Of a stretch of DNA of 64,000 nucleotides, positions 1 through 9,277 are shown piece after piece (positions within the stretch are counted from its first letter, which is position 1; each line of letters begins with the position of its first letter). The notes under the pieces are model-generated. The model ran no database searches, was not told where the DNA came from, and was given only the letters and a program-made list of their open reading frames with translations. The stretch lies in the IMG/VR virus record IMGVR_UViG_3300014489_000001, positions 1-64,000 of that record; one strand, written 5' to 3'. The translations under genes were made by a program, and so were the position numbers. This DNA comes from a virus (lineage: Duplodnaviria > Heunggongvirae > Uroviricota > Caudoviricetes).

Positions 1-41
1 ATCAACAGAGCAGCAACACCACACAAGAAGAATCGCCACAT
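1..41 (-). CDS. N-terminal fragment of a hypothetical protein (hydrophobic N-terminus MWRFFLCGVAALL), gene continues beyond window start
   Basis: ATG at 41..39 (rc) preceded by GAGGAAAG Shine-Dalgarno; reading frame runs off the window. Confidence 0.3.
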   Translation of the reverse strand, partial: MWRFFLCGVAALL

Positions 42-340
42 ACTTTCCTCGCTTCCTGCACCGTAAGGTGCATTAGTGTAAACCCGGCAGTAAGAAATTA
101 CTACCAGATGTTCCTCGCTTTGACGTGTACTCAGGAAACCAACGAAAACTGAAAATCAACCAGATCACTCGATGAGTCCTCTCGATATTGCGTAGTCAAT
201 CAGGGGACCGAAACCGATTCCAAGGAAGTCTTCCTTGTTGCCGATATCGAAACGTTTTTCACGATTGTAGAGCAGGTATTTTTTGCCGTCAAAAGAAACG
301 ACATACAAACCCAACTCAAAACTGCCCCAATCGAGACCGG

Positions 341-460
341 TTAAATCGACTTTTTTTTCAAGGAAGCACCGACACCGATTTGTTTGGTTCTTATGCCGAC
401 TTTGGCAAGTCTTTCTTCCATCAAGTTGCTGTTGTAATCGTCACCAGTTGCGATCAACAT
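341..460 (-). CDS. small hypothetical protein (39 aa)
   Basis: ATG with GGGAGGAA SD 8 nt upstream; below the ORF-track size cutoff; translation MLIATGDDYNSNLMEERLAKVGIRTKQIGVGASLKKKSI. Confidence 0.3.
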   Translation of the reverse strand: MLIATGDDYNSNLMEERLAKVGIRTKQIGVGASLKKKSI

Positions 461-475
461 CACAATTCCTCCCAA

Positions 476-1228
476 TTACCAGTATTTCTCTCTCAGGTCC
501 AAGAGCCAATTGTTCAGTAACTGCTTGTTGCCGTGTTCAGGAATCAATGACATATCCAAACAGAAACCAACTGCTTGAATTTTCTCTTCCATGATTTTCT
601 GGATGTCGCAGGCGGCGAACTCTTCGCACCTAATCTTCATCAGGAAGTCTCGCTCTTCGCCCTCTTTCCAAACGACAGGCTCACCACCCATTGCAATCCG
701 TTTAGCGTCTTCACTCAGACGCACGATATGGTAAGCCCATTTCTCGTTGTACTTACCGGTCGCTGTGTTGAGACGTTGACCGTTGATCAGTCGTTTCATT
801 TGGCCAGTCATGAAGCCGAGGTATTGCTTCACAACATCCCGGCTCAGAAACTCACGACGCACGAGTCTCAACGTATACCATTCAGGCATCGAGCGGCACA
901 ATCGATCCGTGAACAGCATCTCGATAATACCAGGATTACCCTTCAACAGCAGGTCGCAGAACTTGCCGACTTCATGGAAGCTGTGATCGGGACGTTCTAC
1001 CTTGTCCTTCGAGTCTTCGGAATCGTGTTTCCACGTTTCCGGTGGACCAGGCTCTTGAGGTAATCTACACGCAAGTAGGCCACGAGTCGGAATGATGTAG
1101 ACGCCGGAGAAATCGGTGTCGCTGGTTATCTTCTCACAATTATGCGAGCGGCTGCCCCAGACCTTGGAGAACAAGACCTTACCGGGCGGCTTGAATCGAG
1201 CAAGGAAATCAGCAAGAACGTCCATCAC
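476..1228 (-). CDS. polymerase-beta superfamily nucleotidyltransferase (predicted NTase, PF10127-like)
   Basis: GSRSHNCEKITSDTDFSGVYI matches the GS-x(9-13)-DxD NTase signature; 250 aa. Confidence 0.5.
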   Translation of the reverse strand: MMDVLADFLARFKPPGKVLFSKVWGSRSHNCEKITSDTDFSGVYIIPTRGLLACRLPQEPGPPETWKHDSEDSKDKVERPDHSFHEVGKFCDLLLKGNPGIIEMLFTDRLCRSMPEWYTLRLVRREFLSRDVVKQYLGFMTGQMKRLINGQRLNTATGKYNEKWAYHIVRLSEDAKRIAMGGEPVVWKEGEERDFLMKIRCEEFAACDIQKIMEEKIQAVGFCLDMSLIPEHGNKQLLNNWLLDLREKYW

Positions 1229-1455
1229 ATTTCCTCCGATAGTGAATCGCGAAGACGTGCAGCTTTCATGTCTTCTTCAAGATTCCCGGTGAATTGGTCC
1301 ACATTCAGGCCAGCTTCGCCGCGAAGGTGAGCCATGACGCGTGACGCGATGTGATCGGCGTAATCGTCGAGAGCCTTGGTTATGGCTTTCCGCTTGTCCG
1401 AGTGGTAGGGTTGCGGATTCAACAAGTTAGCCAGTTCCTCAGATACTTTGCTCAT
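1225..1455 (-). CDS. hypothetical protein, first gene of an operon driven by a consensus sigma-70 promoter
   Basis: probable start MSKVSEEL at 1455 (GAGGAA SD); the upstream part of the track ORF overlaps the promoter. Confidence 0.45.
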   Translation of the reverse strand: MSKVSEELANLLNPQPYHSDKRKAITKALDDYADHIASRVMAHLRGEAGLNVDQFTGNLEEDMKAARLRDSLSEEM

Positions 1456-1488
1456 GATTCGATTCCTCGTGAGGGTTCCCTCTACTCC

Positions 1489-1517
1489 ATTATACCATAA
1501 TTCTTGCATTTTGTCAA
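1489..1517 (-). promoter_or_regulatory. consensus sigma-70 promoter (TTGACA-17 bp-TGgTATAAT, extended -10)
   Basis: rc reads TTGACAaaatgcaagaattatgGTATAATgg; -35 = 1512-1517, -10 = 1489-1494; perfect hexamers, 17-bp spacer, TG at -15/-14. Confidence 0.6.
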
Positions 1518-1540
1518 TGCCAAAATGCAAGAATTATGCT
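1497..1540. promoter_or_regulatory. 17-bp perfect inverted repeat overlapping the promoter spacer and -35 (candidate operator)
   Basis: ATAATTCTTGCATTTTG-tcaatgc-CAAAATGCAAGAATTAT. Confidence 0.45.
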
Positions 1541-1668
1541 AGTTTGATTCGATTTCCATGATTCCCAGGATCAGGATTTGCAATCCGATGATAACCAGCA
1601 ACCCTGTACGGCTAGGAAAGAGTATTTCCACAGCCGCCAGGAGAATGCTGATTAGGCAGCAGAACGGT

Positions 1669-2451
1669 TTAAGCGCGCTGACGAACTTTCGCACGACGTA
1701 CTTCCCTCAGTTCTTTGATTCGTCTAAAGACCACAGATGAAAAATTGGCACCATCCATGGTCATTGCCTTATTGATGAACCGACCTTGTTCTTGGACCGG
1801 CAATCTTGCCAGAACATAGGCATTGCAGACGTTGATTTTGTCTAAGGTCACGTATCGTTGCGCGGGAGGCGATAGGTTTTCCAGGCCGAGACGTTCATTA
1901 ACCCATTCTTCATCGACATGCAGCGTGCTGCACAGATGCGACATAGACATCAAGTCATCGTATTGCAGAATCCGTTGCAAACCTTTGCTGAATTGTACCG
2001 GTCGAATATCCTTGACCGTTTTGCCCAGCATGATTTGAAAGTTCTGGACCTGGACATCAGACAGTTCGATCACGTTTGCCGGAATCGCCTGCATTCCGAT
2101 GTCGCTGGCGGCGGTATACCGTTGAAGACCTTTGATCAGGCCGTAGAGCAGATTACCAGTCGTGCGGTCTTTGACAGGACGCACGACAATCGGTACGATG
2201 ACACCGTATTCCTTGATGCTCTGAACAAGCGACAGATACTCTTTCTAGCTTCGGTCAACATCGCGAAGAGCAACAGGATTCTCTCTGATCTCTCTGAGAC
2301 TAATTGCTTTGAGTGAGTAGTTCATTTGGTTCCTTGGGTGGTTGTAGAAGATTAAGAATCTTCTTAGCAATTGCTTCCTCGTAACAGACGCAGACGATCT
2401 TGCCACCCACATTACGAACAACGTGGGTAGCGCCGAGTTGCTTGTACTCAA
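1669..2451 (-). pseudogene. ParB-like nuclease/partition-domain protein interrupted by an in-frame TAG (2245-2247); pseudogene or stop-codon read-through
   Basis: ORFs 2245..2451 and 1669..2184 are in the same frame separated by one TAG. Joined translation ...ALRDVDRS*KEYLSLVQSIKEYGVIVPIVVRPVKDRTTGNLLYGLIKGLQRYTAA aligns residue-for-residue with the paralog at 56389..57354 (...ALRGVNRQTEQYQGLLESVKSKGVINPIAVREVKDATTGEMFYGIIEGLHRYTAS). Confidence 0.6.
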
Positions 2452-2605
2452 GCATTTTCAAACCTCTTCAACAGTGCTGCAAGTATGATGTCTCTCCAGG
2501 CATCGTCCTTGCATAAACAGACCACTTCATCAGTGCCTACTTCTTTGATTGCCGGACGGGTGTGGTCTTTCCCCGGAACAGGCATTTCAAATTTAACAAA
2601 TTCCA

Positions 2606-3106
2606 TTACTTGTGCCTTTCTAAGAATTTTTGCATGGCCGGTGAAATTGGTTTTTCAATGCCAAACAGTCCGTAATCTCTACGAAACTGTGGCCAAAACC
2701 TGGCCAGCAATCCTTGGTTCCGCAGGAATGGATGAATCCAGACCCACGACAAGTTCAGCTGCGGAGTTGCTTCGTCTCTAAATCGAAAACAAACACAGCC
2801 GACAATCGCTCGTTCCTTGCCCCATGATCTGGAAATCAGAATCACATGATCACAGATATCCGTATCTTCATTGTAAGCATACTGTCGAAAATCATAACCC
2901 ATTTCCCGACGGAAATAACCAGCTAAGACATCGGCAGCCATACGAACCTTATGCGGTGATGCGTTTGTTACTTTGATTAATTCGTATACAATGCCGTGAA
3001 TTTCTGGCATATGAAACAAAGGCACACGAATCACCAGTTGTGATACTTCTTCTCCGCAAATCATTGTTTCCTCCAGAGCCATTTCCAAAGACGCACGAAC
3101 CACCAC
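2606..3106 (-). CDS. hypothetical protein (possible acetyltransferase-like fold, weak)
   Basis: 166-aa ORF; RNQGLLARF resembles a GNAT motif A but is not diagnostic. Confidence 0.35.
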   Translation of the reverse strand: MVVRASLEMALEETMICGEEVSQLVIRVPLFHMPEIHGIVYELIKVTNASPHKVRMAADVLAGYFRREMGYDFRQYAYNEDTDICDHVILISRSWGKERAIVGCVCFRFRDEATPQLNLSWVWIHPFLRNQGLLARFWPQFRRDYGLFGIEKPISPAMQKFLERHK

Positions 3107-3245
3107 TCACGACGCCCGAGCCAACACAACTCAGATTTGGTAAGTGGAATCTCGCCGCAAGGGTTAAGTAGGTCCGATACAATGAAATCAACGGTTTCTT
3201 CGTGGCTCATCGGACCTACGATTCTTTTATTGTCCACGGTGACTG

Positions 3246-3542
3246 TTATACATCGGCGAGTCGAAGAATCTTGCATACATCCTCCCATTGGACACCATCA
3301 TTCCACAGACAGATGAGTCTCTGTCCGGTTGGTAGTAGTGAATAAATGCAAGTTGCCACTTCTTGATATTCTTTCTGGTCAGGATAACATACCCGCATTG
3401 CGCCAAGTAAATCCCAGCCGGTTGCCTCATGGTCCAATACTCCGCATGGCTTACCGAATCGGTCCCTGGCCATGTGACCCTTGATCCAGTTACCGTTGTT
3501 CAAGAAGTCTTTGATTTTCATTGTGATCTCTTGGATTTCCAC
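3246..3542 (-). CDS. small conserved hypothetical protein, member of a 3-copy paralogous family (with 8987..9277 and 13131..13412)
   Basis: shared pattern W-x-KG-x-ARD-x-GKPC...EA-x-W-L-GA...CY...WNDG. Confidence 0.5.
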   Translation of the reverse strand: MEIQEITMKIKDFLNNGNWIKGHMARDRFGKPCGVLDHEATGWDLLGAMRVCYPDQKEYQEVATCIYSLLPTGQRLICLWNDGVQWEDVCKILRLADV

Positions 3543-3820
3543 TTGAAAGTTAGAACCGTGACACCTTGGTCAACCGCAAAAGTGACCAACAGGTCACCGT
3601 AATGGTCTCTGAGAAGCTTTTCAAGGTCTTCACGTTCTTCAAATCTCTCGCTGACGGTCACGACGTATCTGCCTCGATTCGCTGCTTCTCGCAATTGCTG
3701 ATTGCAAGCGGCTAAGAATGTATTGAATTCATCGAGACGCCTGCGGGCACGATCTTGTGCCATCAATTCTTCGGCCCTGCCTGAGATTTCAGACAGGAAT
3801 TCTTTCGTGAGTTTTTCCAT
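3518..3820 (-). CDS. hypothetical protein
   Basis: 100-aa ORF, charged/coiled-coil-like. Confidence 0.4.
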   Translation of the reverse strand: MEKLTKEFLSEISGRAEELMAQDRARRRLDEFNTFLAACNQQLREAANRGRYVVTVSERFEEREDLEKLLRDHYGDLLVTFAVDQGVTVLTFKWKSKRSQ

Positions 3821-4107
3821 TAAAAATGCACCTGGGTTACGAATGTTCGGAGCGGAAGGTCATTGTGATTTTTCTCATCATATATGTCCTTTCCGTATTG
3901 AACATATGTCTTGCGGTACGATTCGTGGTATCCTTCACCTGGGTGGTAAGGTTCAATCTTCGTCATGAGATAGCTGCCCTTCTTGAACCCACCGTGCCCA
4001 CTATCATCGCCGTCATAAGGAAAGCAGATGAAGTGGGCACCGATTGGCAAATCTTCAAGTCTTGACGGCCGTGAATAGCAGTGCTTGAGAAAGTCTTGAC
4101 CGTCCAT
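3820..4107 (-). CDS. hypothetical protein
   Basis: 95-aa ORF abutting the dut start. Confidence 0.4.
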   Translation of the reverse strand: MDGQDFLKHCYSRPSRLEDLPIGAHFICFPYDGDDSGHGGFKKGSYLMTKIEPYHPGEGYHESYRKTYVQYGKDIYDEKNHNDLPLRTFVTQVHF

Positions 4108-4784
4108 TATTGTGACCTCGGTGGTTCTGCTTCGTTGTTTTTGATGTTTAAGTGGTTTCCTACCGAAAGATTCTTGATTGCCTCGTGGCGGCGTTCCGCT
4201 TCCTTGTGGTCGTAGTATGCTTGCTTACCACGAGGATTTGCTGCTAACATGCCATCTTCGGCTCTGGCAATCAGTTCGTCGTTAACAGCTTGCAGCACGC
4301 GAGGCGAAGTCATTACAGAGTCTTGTTGCACTTCTTGTGCAGTCAAAGCCCTGTCGAATACCTTGACAACGTCAGTCGAACCAAGACATTTGTCGCCGCG
4401 GAAAGAATCGGACAAAGTTTCAGACCATTCCCAGGTCGGGTTCTCAACCTGGATAAATAGGACCTGGGCGACGGCTTTCTCCGGACTGTAGACGTAATCC
4501 GTGTCTGCAAAATTTCGGAGAATAACCATCCACTCACCACGATAATCAGAGTCTATGGTTCCGGCCATATGACTCAAGCCAGCGTTGCCGGTGCTGCTGC
4601 GGTCGTCGATCAGGGCAACATAACCGCTGGGAAATTCCGTTGCAAAGCCAAGAGGAATCTTGACTTGCTCCCCCGACTTCACTACACCAAGCATGGCCGG
4701 ATATAGATCGTATCCCGCCGAATGGTAAGCCTTTGTCGGCAGCTTAGCACCTTCACGCATCTTTTTGATTCGGACGTTGTTCAC
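4107..4784 (-). CDS. dut: dUTP diphosphatase (dUTPase) with C-terminal extension
   Basis: motifs AGYDL, RSS(T)G, GTIDSDYRGE typical of trimeric dUTPases. Confidence 0.85.
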   Translation of the reverse strand: MNNVRIKKMREGAKLPTKAYHSAGYDLYPAMLGVVKSGEQVKIPLGFATEFPSGYVALIDDRSSTGNAGLSHMAGTIDSDYRGEWMVILRNFADTDYVYSPEKAVAQVLFIQVENPTWEWSETLSDSFRGDKCLGSTDVVKVFDRALTAQEVQQDSVMTSPRVLQAVNDELIARAEDGMLAANPRGKQAYYDHKEAERRHEAIKNLSVGNHLNIKNNEAEPPRSQ

Positions 4785-4953
4785 GAATTATTTGAGCGGC
4801 TTCTTGAGCTAACTCAATTCCCATAGTTCTCGCGGCATTTAAAACGGCTGATTGTAACTGTGTCTCAGTAGGCGGTAACGATTTCAAATCTGCTTCCGAT
4901 CTTCCTACGTTACCGTAACGATGGAAGAAAATGATTGCTTGGTCGTATGTCAT
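4753..4953 (-). CDS. hypothetical protein
   Basis: 66-aa ORF, start overlaps upstream gene. Confidence 0.35.
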   Translation of the reverse strand: MTYDQAIIFFHRYGNVGRSEADLKSLPPTETQLQSAVLNAARTMGIELAQEAAQIIREQRPNQKDA

Positions 4954-5228
4954 TTGATCATCTCGATAAGTTTCTCACGACACGTTTGTTTTGGCTGAGT
5001 TTTAAGCAACCAATACTTGGCCGCTAGCAGCACTGCATCACGAAGTCTTGACTTTTCAGTAGCAAGGATTTGCAAATCGCCGTTTACAATGGCTACTCGG
5101 AAGCCGTCACAGTAAGAAGCAAATTGAACCTTGTAATCGGGATCATATTCCTTGACAGCTTGCACCAAAGTTTCAAGCACTCGGAAATCGTCATGTACAA
5201 GTGAAATTGTGCAGCTTGTAGGTTCCAT
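4950..5228 (-). CDS. hypothetical protein
   Basis: 92-aa ORF, ATGA-type overlap with neighbours. Confidence 0.4.
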   Translation of the reverse strand: MEPTSCTISLVHDDFRVLETLVQAVKEYDPDYKVQFASYCDGFRVAIVNGDLQILATEKSRLRDAVLLAAKYWLLKTQPKQTCREKLIEMIK

Positions 5229-5229
5229 G

Positions 5230-5478
5230 TTAAAGTCCCCCGTGAACAGCGTTATTCAGTGCATTCCATTTTGATTTGCAATCGGTGTATTTGAGCCACG
5301 ACTCTGCACACAATGACACAGCATCATCAAGTGCGATGCCGTGTGCCCCATGAACCACGTCGCCCGTATGTGCCCGAATGCCGCAGAAGAACATTTTGTC
5401 ATTCATGTGCATGACAACTTCTGCGTCATTCGGACACCGTTCGTGCATAGCTTCAACCAGAAGCTTTAGAATCTTCAT
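5230..5478 (-). CDS. hypothetical protein
   Basis: 82-aa ORF. Confidence 0.4.
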   Translation of the reverse strand: MKILKLLVEAMHERCPNDAEVVMHMNDKMFFCGIRAHTGDVVHGAHGIALDDAVSLCAESWLKYTDCKSKWNALNNAVHGGL

Positions 5479-5660
5479 GCACTTTTCCTCGTAGGTTTCT
5501 GCCCATCAACCAACAATTCCGTTCGAAAAATATCAAACGATTTTGGTGCATCATAGATGAGCTTAACCTTGCCCTTTCCGTAAGCCACAATCATTGTGAA
5601 TTCTTCTCCCATATGAAACACCTTTACCTTCTCCTGGTCCTTGCGGTCAATCACGAGCAT
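5475..5660 (-). CDS. hypothetical protein
   Basis: 61-aa ORF in operon context. Confidence 0.35.
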   Translation of the reverse strand: MLVIDRKDQEKVKVFHMGEEFTMIVAYGKGKVKLIYDAPKSFDIFRTELLVDGQKPTRKSA

Positions 5661-6132
5661 CGTGCACGTATCCTTTGTATTGGAAGCCAGCTAAACGAGG
5701 AATCGCTCCACCCCACAACTTGAGAAATTCCGAGTATAAGACCCATCCACCTTTGTAATTGGTCAGATACACGTAGTCGTTTTCCTTCTCGCGAATTACG
5801 GTCCAGTGGCCACCTAGTTCCCCGTCCTGGATTAACACAATCGCAGGTAGGTGAGCCATAATCTCCATCTCGCCGTGCATTTCCTCAATTTGTTTGTCAC
5901 CCCAACGCTTGCAGATTTCATGCACTTGTTCGGGGCTTGTTCCCAACCAGCCGAAAAGAATGTCTGGCGGGAATTCTTTCTCCACCGTCTTCATCAGAAT
6001 TTGATTAGACGGGATCAGGTCGTAATGAGCCAAAAACGTACACGCTGCGGCTTGGCCGCAATCGTAGTCGTTGTCATTGACAAATTCAAACATCACCCAA
6101 ATCCCTCTCGATCTTGTTGAGGTAAATTTCAA
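5647..6132 (-). CDS. papain-like cysteine peptidase, C39-like domain
   Basis: NDYDCGQAAACTFLAHY (catalytic Cys region) and GGHWTVI (His region) resemble peptidase C39; no cognate ABC transporter nearby. Confidence 0.45.
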   Translation of the reverse strand: MKFTSTRSRGIWVMFEFVNDNDYDCGQAAACTFLAHYDLIPSNQILMKTVEKEFPPDILFGWLGTSPEQVHEICKRWGDKQIEEMHGEMEIMAHLPAIVLIQDGELGGHWTVIREKENDYVYLTNYKGGWVLYSEFLKLWGGAIPRLAGFQYKGYVHDARD

Positions 6133-6298
6133 TGATTACAATGCCGATAACGCGACGTAGAAGACCGTCACTAATCTTAGGAATTAGAGTTTCCAGTTGT
6201 TCTACGTTCTCTTCAAAATACGCCCACTCACGATCATTCCTTGCCTGAACAGCCGAGGCTTTTTTGGAGAGTTCCATGGCCTTTTTATCCAATTTCAT
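6086..6298 (-). CDS. hypothetical protein
   Basis: 70-aa ORF. Confidence 0.35.
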   Translation of the reverse strand: MKLDKKAMELSKKASAVQARNDREWAYFEENVEQLETLIPKISDGLLRRVIGIVIIEIYLNKIERDLGDV

Positions 6299-6515
6299 CT
6301 AGTTGCCTCCCGAGCATATTGATGCTCAACTGTAAGACAACCAGCATTAACGCACAACGTAGTACCGAGCCATCCTTTGGCATCAATTCGATTAGTGCCT
6401 CTAAAGCATCCTTATGTTGTTCCATCTCACGCCACCACTGGTCAATGTGGGATTGGTGAACCGTCTCGTTACGTTTGAGAGATTGCCAATCTGACCTTTG
6501 CTCCGGTGTCATCAT
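6285..6515 (-). CDS. hypothetical protein
   Basis: 76-aa ORF. Confidence 0.4.
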   Translation of the reverse strand: MMTPEQRSDWQSLKRNETVHQSHIDQWWREMEQHKDALEALIELMPKDGSVLRCALMLVVLQLSINMLGRQLDEIG

Positions 6516-6775
6516 TCTATTTCGTCTATGGTCTTTCGTAGACGATTCAGCTTGACCTGAGCATATAAAATGGTCAGGTAGCTGTGCATGATCCCACTCG
6601 GAGCTATGCAGCCAAGGGTCTGCTCCAGACTTATGTAATTATCGTCCAGAATCTTCCACATCTGGTCCAGGTGTGCTTGTTGAACATTCGCAGACGCAAC
6701 CAATAATTCTTTCAATGCAATAACCTCCAAATACAAAACATGAAAATTGTAACCATGACGATTATGATTAACCAT
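6512..6775 (-). CDS. hypothetical protein
   Basis: 87-aa ORF. Confidence 0.4.
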   Translation of the reverse strand: MVNHNRHGYNFHVLYLEVIALKELLVASANVQQAHLDQMWKILDDNYISLEQTLGCIAPSGIMHSYLTILYAQVKLNRLRKTIDEIE

Positions 6776-6796
6776 TCCATAAAAAATGGTGGTATA

Positions 6797-7639
6797 TCAT
6801 TCGGGTTTCCCTTCATTGGGCCATACCTCTTTGCGAAACTGATTCCAGCCCCGAAAAGGACCAGAACGCACGCCCGTAACCGATGCTTGAGCCACATGTT
6901 CAAAAGGCGACCGATGACCAAGGTCGCCGGAACCTTTGATCATGTCTAGTGCCAATGCCAAATCCTTCTCAACTGATTTACGTTTCTCACCATGCTGCAC
7001 ATAACTGACTCGGGCACAACGAGCCACTGAGACCTTCTTTGCAATGTCCAATTGCAAAGCCTGGTCGTATGTTGCATAGATGTGTTCGTGGTCATCGTGT
7101 TCCATGTATGGCATATGCCAATCCTGGAACAGTACAGGCTTCGGTGTCGAATTAAGGATTGCTTCCTTCATCATGCCGGCGATCTGCTGGAAATGAATCT
7201 CAGCATCCGGGTGGCACCGCTGGGCAAAGAAGTTCTTCCAGTCTGTACTTGTCATGACGACCGTAATCCACATCCACGGTTCCGTCAACCGATTGCACAA
7301 CGACTTGTGAATTCCAAGTTCGTGAATCTCCTGGGCAATCTTGACCATATAGTCACGCCCTTTGAGCCACAAATGTTGAGCGCGGAGTATAGTGGCATTG
7401 TCCACTTCTTCTCCAGTTTGCATTCCCTTCTGGTTCTTACCCCATTTGATGGGAATGACCGGATCGTTCTCGATATTTGCACACATCGTCGGCCACGGGA
7501 TCGCACGGGAAGACCCTGCGTTTCGGGCACGGTCACGATGCGTCATAATCTCAGAATGGATGAACCTCGGGTATGTCGCCTCAAGTGTGATGAGTCGCGT
7601 TTCGCAAACCGAATCAGCGATTATTTTGCAACTGAACAT
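6797..7639 (-). CDS. divergent ThyX-like (flavin-dependent thymidylate synthase family) protein
   Basis: THRDRARNAGSSRA aligns with the ThyX RHRxxxxNExSxRY signature (H-R-x4-N-x2-S-x-R); otherwise divergent. Confidence 0.45.
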   Translation of the reverse strand: MFSCKIIADSVCETRLITLEATYPRFIHSEIMTHRDRARNAGSSRAIPWPTMCANIENDPVIPIKWGKNQKGMQTGEEVDNATILRAQHLWLKGRDYMVKIAQEIHELGIHKSLCNRLTEPWMWITVVMTSTDWKNFFAQRCHPDAEIHFQQIAGMMKEAILNSTPKPVLFQDWHMPYMEHDDHEHIYATYDQALQLDIAKKVSVARCARVSYVQHGEKRKSVEKDLALALDMIKGSGDLGHRSPFEHVAQASVTGVRSGPFRGWNQFRKEVWPNEGKPE

Positions 7640-8109
7640 TGTTCCTCCGGAAAGTTGAAAACAGCAAACTCACCAAAATTCCTTTTCGCAGAACGATCAT
7701 AGATTCGTGCTGCTTCCTCTTCGTTATCAAATACGCCAAGATGGACCTTTTCATCGTTACCAACTCTAATCTCGACTAACCATTTTTTCTTGATAGGGTG
7801 CCATCTGACTCCCTTATATTTTGATGTCTGGCCAGAACGCTTAGATCGGTTACAGTTCTGTTCTTGCTGCGTGGCAGGTCGAAGATTATCTCGTTGGTTG
7901 TTTTTCTTATTTTGATCTTTGTGGTCTATTGTCTGGTCGTCTTTTAAGACTAAGCCCATTCTTTTTGCAATTAACGAATGCATAGAGACATGCTGATTAC
8001 TAAGTTCAACGTAGCCATGATTAAGACACCAGAGAAATTGATCGAGGTAATCAAAATCCTCGTCACTGCAAAGAGCGTAACTGTAATCACTCAACTGAAT
8101 ACGCTTCAC
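7621..8109 (-). CDS. HNH homing endonuclease with AP2 DNA-binding domain
   Basis: HNH_3 N-terminal part plus YKGVRWHPIKKKWLVEIRVGNDEKVHLGVFDNEEEAARIYD (AP2-like). Confidence 0.7.
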   Translation of the reverse strand: MKRIQLSDYSYALCSDEDFDYLDQFLWCLNHGYVELSNQHVSMHSLIAKRMGLVLKDDQTIDHKDQNKKNNQRDNLRPATQQEQNCNRSKRSGQTSKYKGVRWHPIKKKWLVEIRVGNDEKVHLGVFDNEEEAARIYDRSAKRNFGEFAVFNFPEEQCSVAK

Positions 8110-8357
8110 GAATCCTCCCTTAAGGAATCATTAACAAGAGCCTTAGCTTCGTCATCGGTCCAGTCAGTATGAATCCAAATAGAGAATTCATCAACAAGAT
8201 AATTAACGCCATCCCCGGTTGGCGTCCACCGTTCTTCCGTGACTAACACGATCTCCCCATCTACGCGGTAGATGTGAAGATAGCTAAACATGAATTTCCC
8301 ATGAGAAGGTGATGGAGAACTTCCCATTCTTGTCGAGCGGCTCCGGGTTGACTTCAT
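8106..8357 (-). CDS. hypothetical protein
   Basis: 83-aa ORF. Confidence 0.35.
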   Translation of the reverse strand: MKSTRSRSTRMGSSPSPSHGKFMFSYLHIYRVDGEIVLVTEERWTPTGDGVNYLVDEFSIWIHTDWTDDEAKALVNDSLREDS

Positions 8358-8592
8358 AGAAAGCAGACACCAAAAATGAAATCATTTCATTGCTAGGCCG
8401 CGGATCGAAGAATCGCACCAACTCATTTTTGCCGCTCTTGGCGGTCTTGACGAGTTCATCTTCGATTGAACGTGCCCATCTCTCGCACTGTTCATCAAAT
8501 TCTCGTTGCACTTCGTCGATTTTGAGCTGAATTGCTTGCTCGGTGTAGTAGCCGAGTCTGGCGACAAGACTTACGGTGTTTTCTTCTTTCAT
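8284..8592 (-). CDS. hypothetical protein
   Basis: 102-aa ORF. Confidence 0.4.
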   Translation of the reverse strand: MKEENTVSLVARLGYYTEQAIQLKIDEVQREFDEQCERWARSIEDELVKTAKSGKNELVRFFDPRPSNEMISFLVSAFYEVNPEPLDKNGKFSITFSWEIHV

Positions 8593-8987
8593 AGTCCTAA
8601 CGCTATCCTTTCTTCGTGGGTGAGTTTCTTCATGGCGCCGCTGACGATTTCATCGCGAGCCTTGTCGCGTATCTCTTTCTCAAGACGTTTATTGTCACGC
8701 TCCTGGTGTTCTTCCCACCAAGTTGCGAGATTCCTTGCATCTTTGTTATGACCATCCCACAAGAGACGCGATTGTTGGTCTTCTGTGAGCGTCAGAACCA
8801 TGTCACACAACGTCCGCGTGTAACCATCAACACGGTCAGCATTACCGTAGTAGTTCTTGGAATCCGCGATGAGATCTTCCCTGACGTTGAGTTTGAGGGC
8901 TGTACGCAGATATACGAGAAGGCCAGCTACACGCCGACTTTCAACCTCTCGTGGACCTGCTTCCATCCCATGGCATTCACATGGCAT
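8589..8987 (-). CDS. hypothetical protein
   Basis: 132-aa ORF. Confidence 0.4.
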   Translation of the reverse strand: MPCECHGMEAGPREVESRRVAGLLVYLRTALKLNVREDLIADSKNYYGNADRVDGYTRTLCDMVLTLTEDQQSRLLWDGHNKDARNLATWWEEHQERDNKRLEKEIRDKARDEIVSGAMKKLTHEERIALGL

Positions 8988-9277
8988 TAGATATCAAGCT
9001 CCGTTACGATTTCCATGATTTCCTCGTAGGTTCGGTGCTTTTGGTCATTGAACCACGACACAAAGCCCTTAACCTTCGGATGACGCGCCACACGTTGATA
9101 TGCTTCATTGCTATTGGTCTCAACGTATCTGTTGTCATAACACCTAGCAATCGCACCATCAAGACTCCAACTGACAGCCTCATCAGCATTCGGGTCACAG
9201 GGCTTTCCTTTGGAATCACGAGCCTCAGCTTTCGTTGTCCACCTGTTTGGATGGCACAGTAGTTCCTTTACTGTCAT
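8987..9277 (-). CDS. small conserved hypothetical protein, paralog of 3246..3542 and 13131..13412
   Basis: W-TTKAEARDSKGKPC...DEAVSWSLDGAIARCY shared motif. Confidence 0.5.
   Translation of the reverse strand: MTVKELLCHPNRWTTKAEARDSKGKPCDPNADEAVSWSLDGAIARCYDNRYVETNSNEAYQRVARHPKVKGFVSWFNDQKHRTYEEIMEIVTELDI

Noticed and set aside
170-316. Protein-like open frame (…FDGKKYLLYNREKRFDIGNKEDFLGIGFGPLIDYAISRGLIE*) on the minus strand
   Set aside because: No ATG/GTG start with RBS; bounded upstream by TGA after 49 codons; could be a remnant but cannot be supported as a gene.
6776-6799. Possible read-through between the ThyX-like gene (TGA at 6797-6799) and same-frame ORF 6512..6775
   Set aside because: The 7 intervening codons and downstream ORF show no continuation of ThyX homology; the same frame is expected by chance one time in three.
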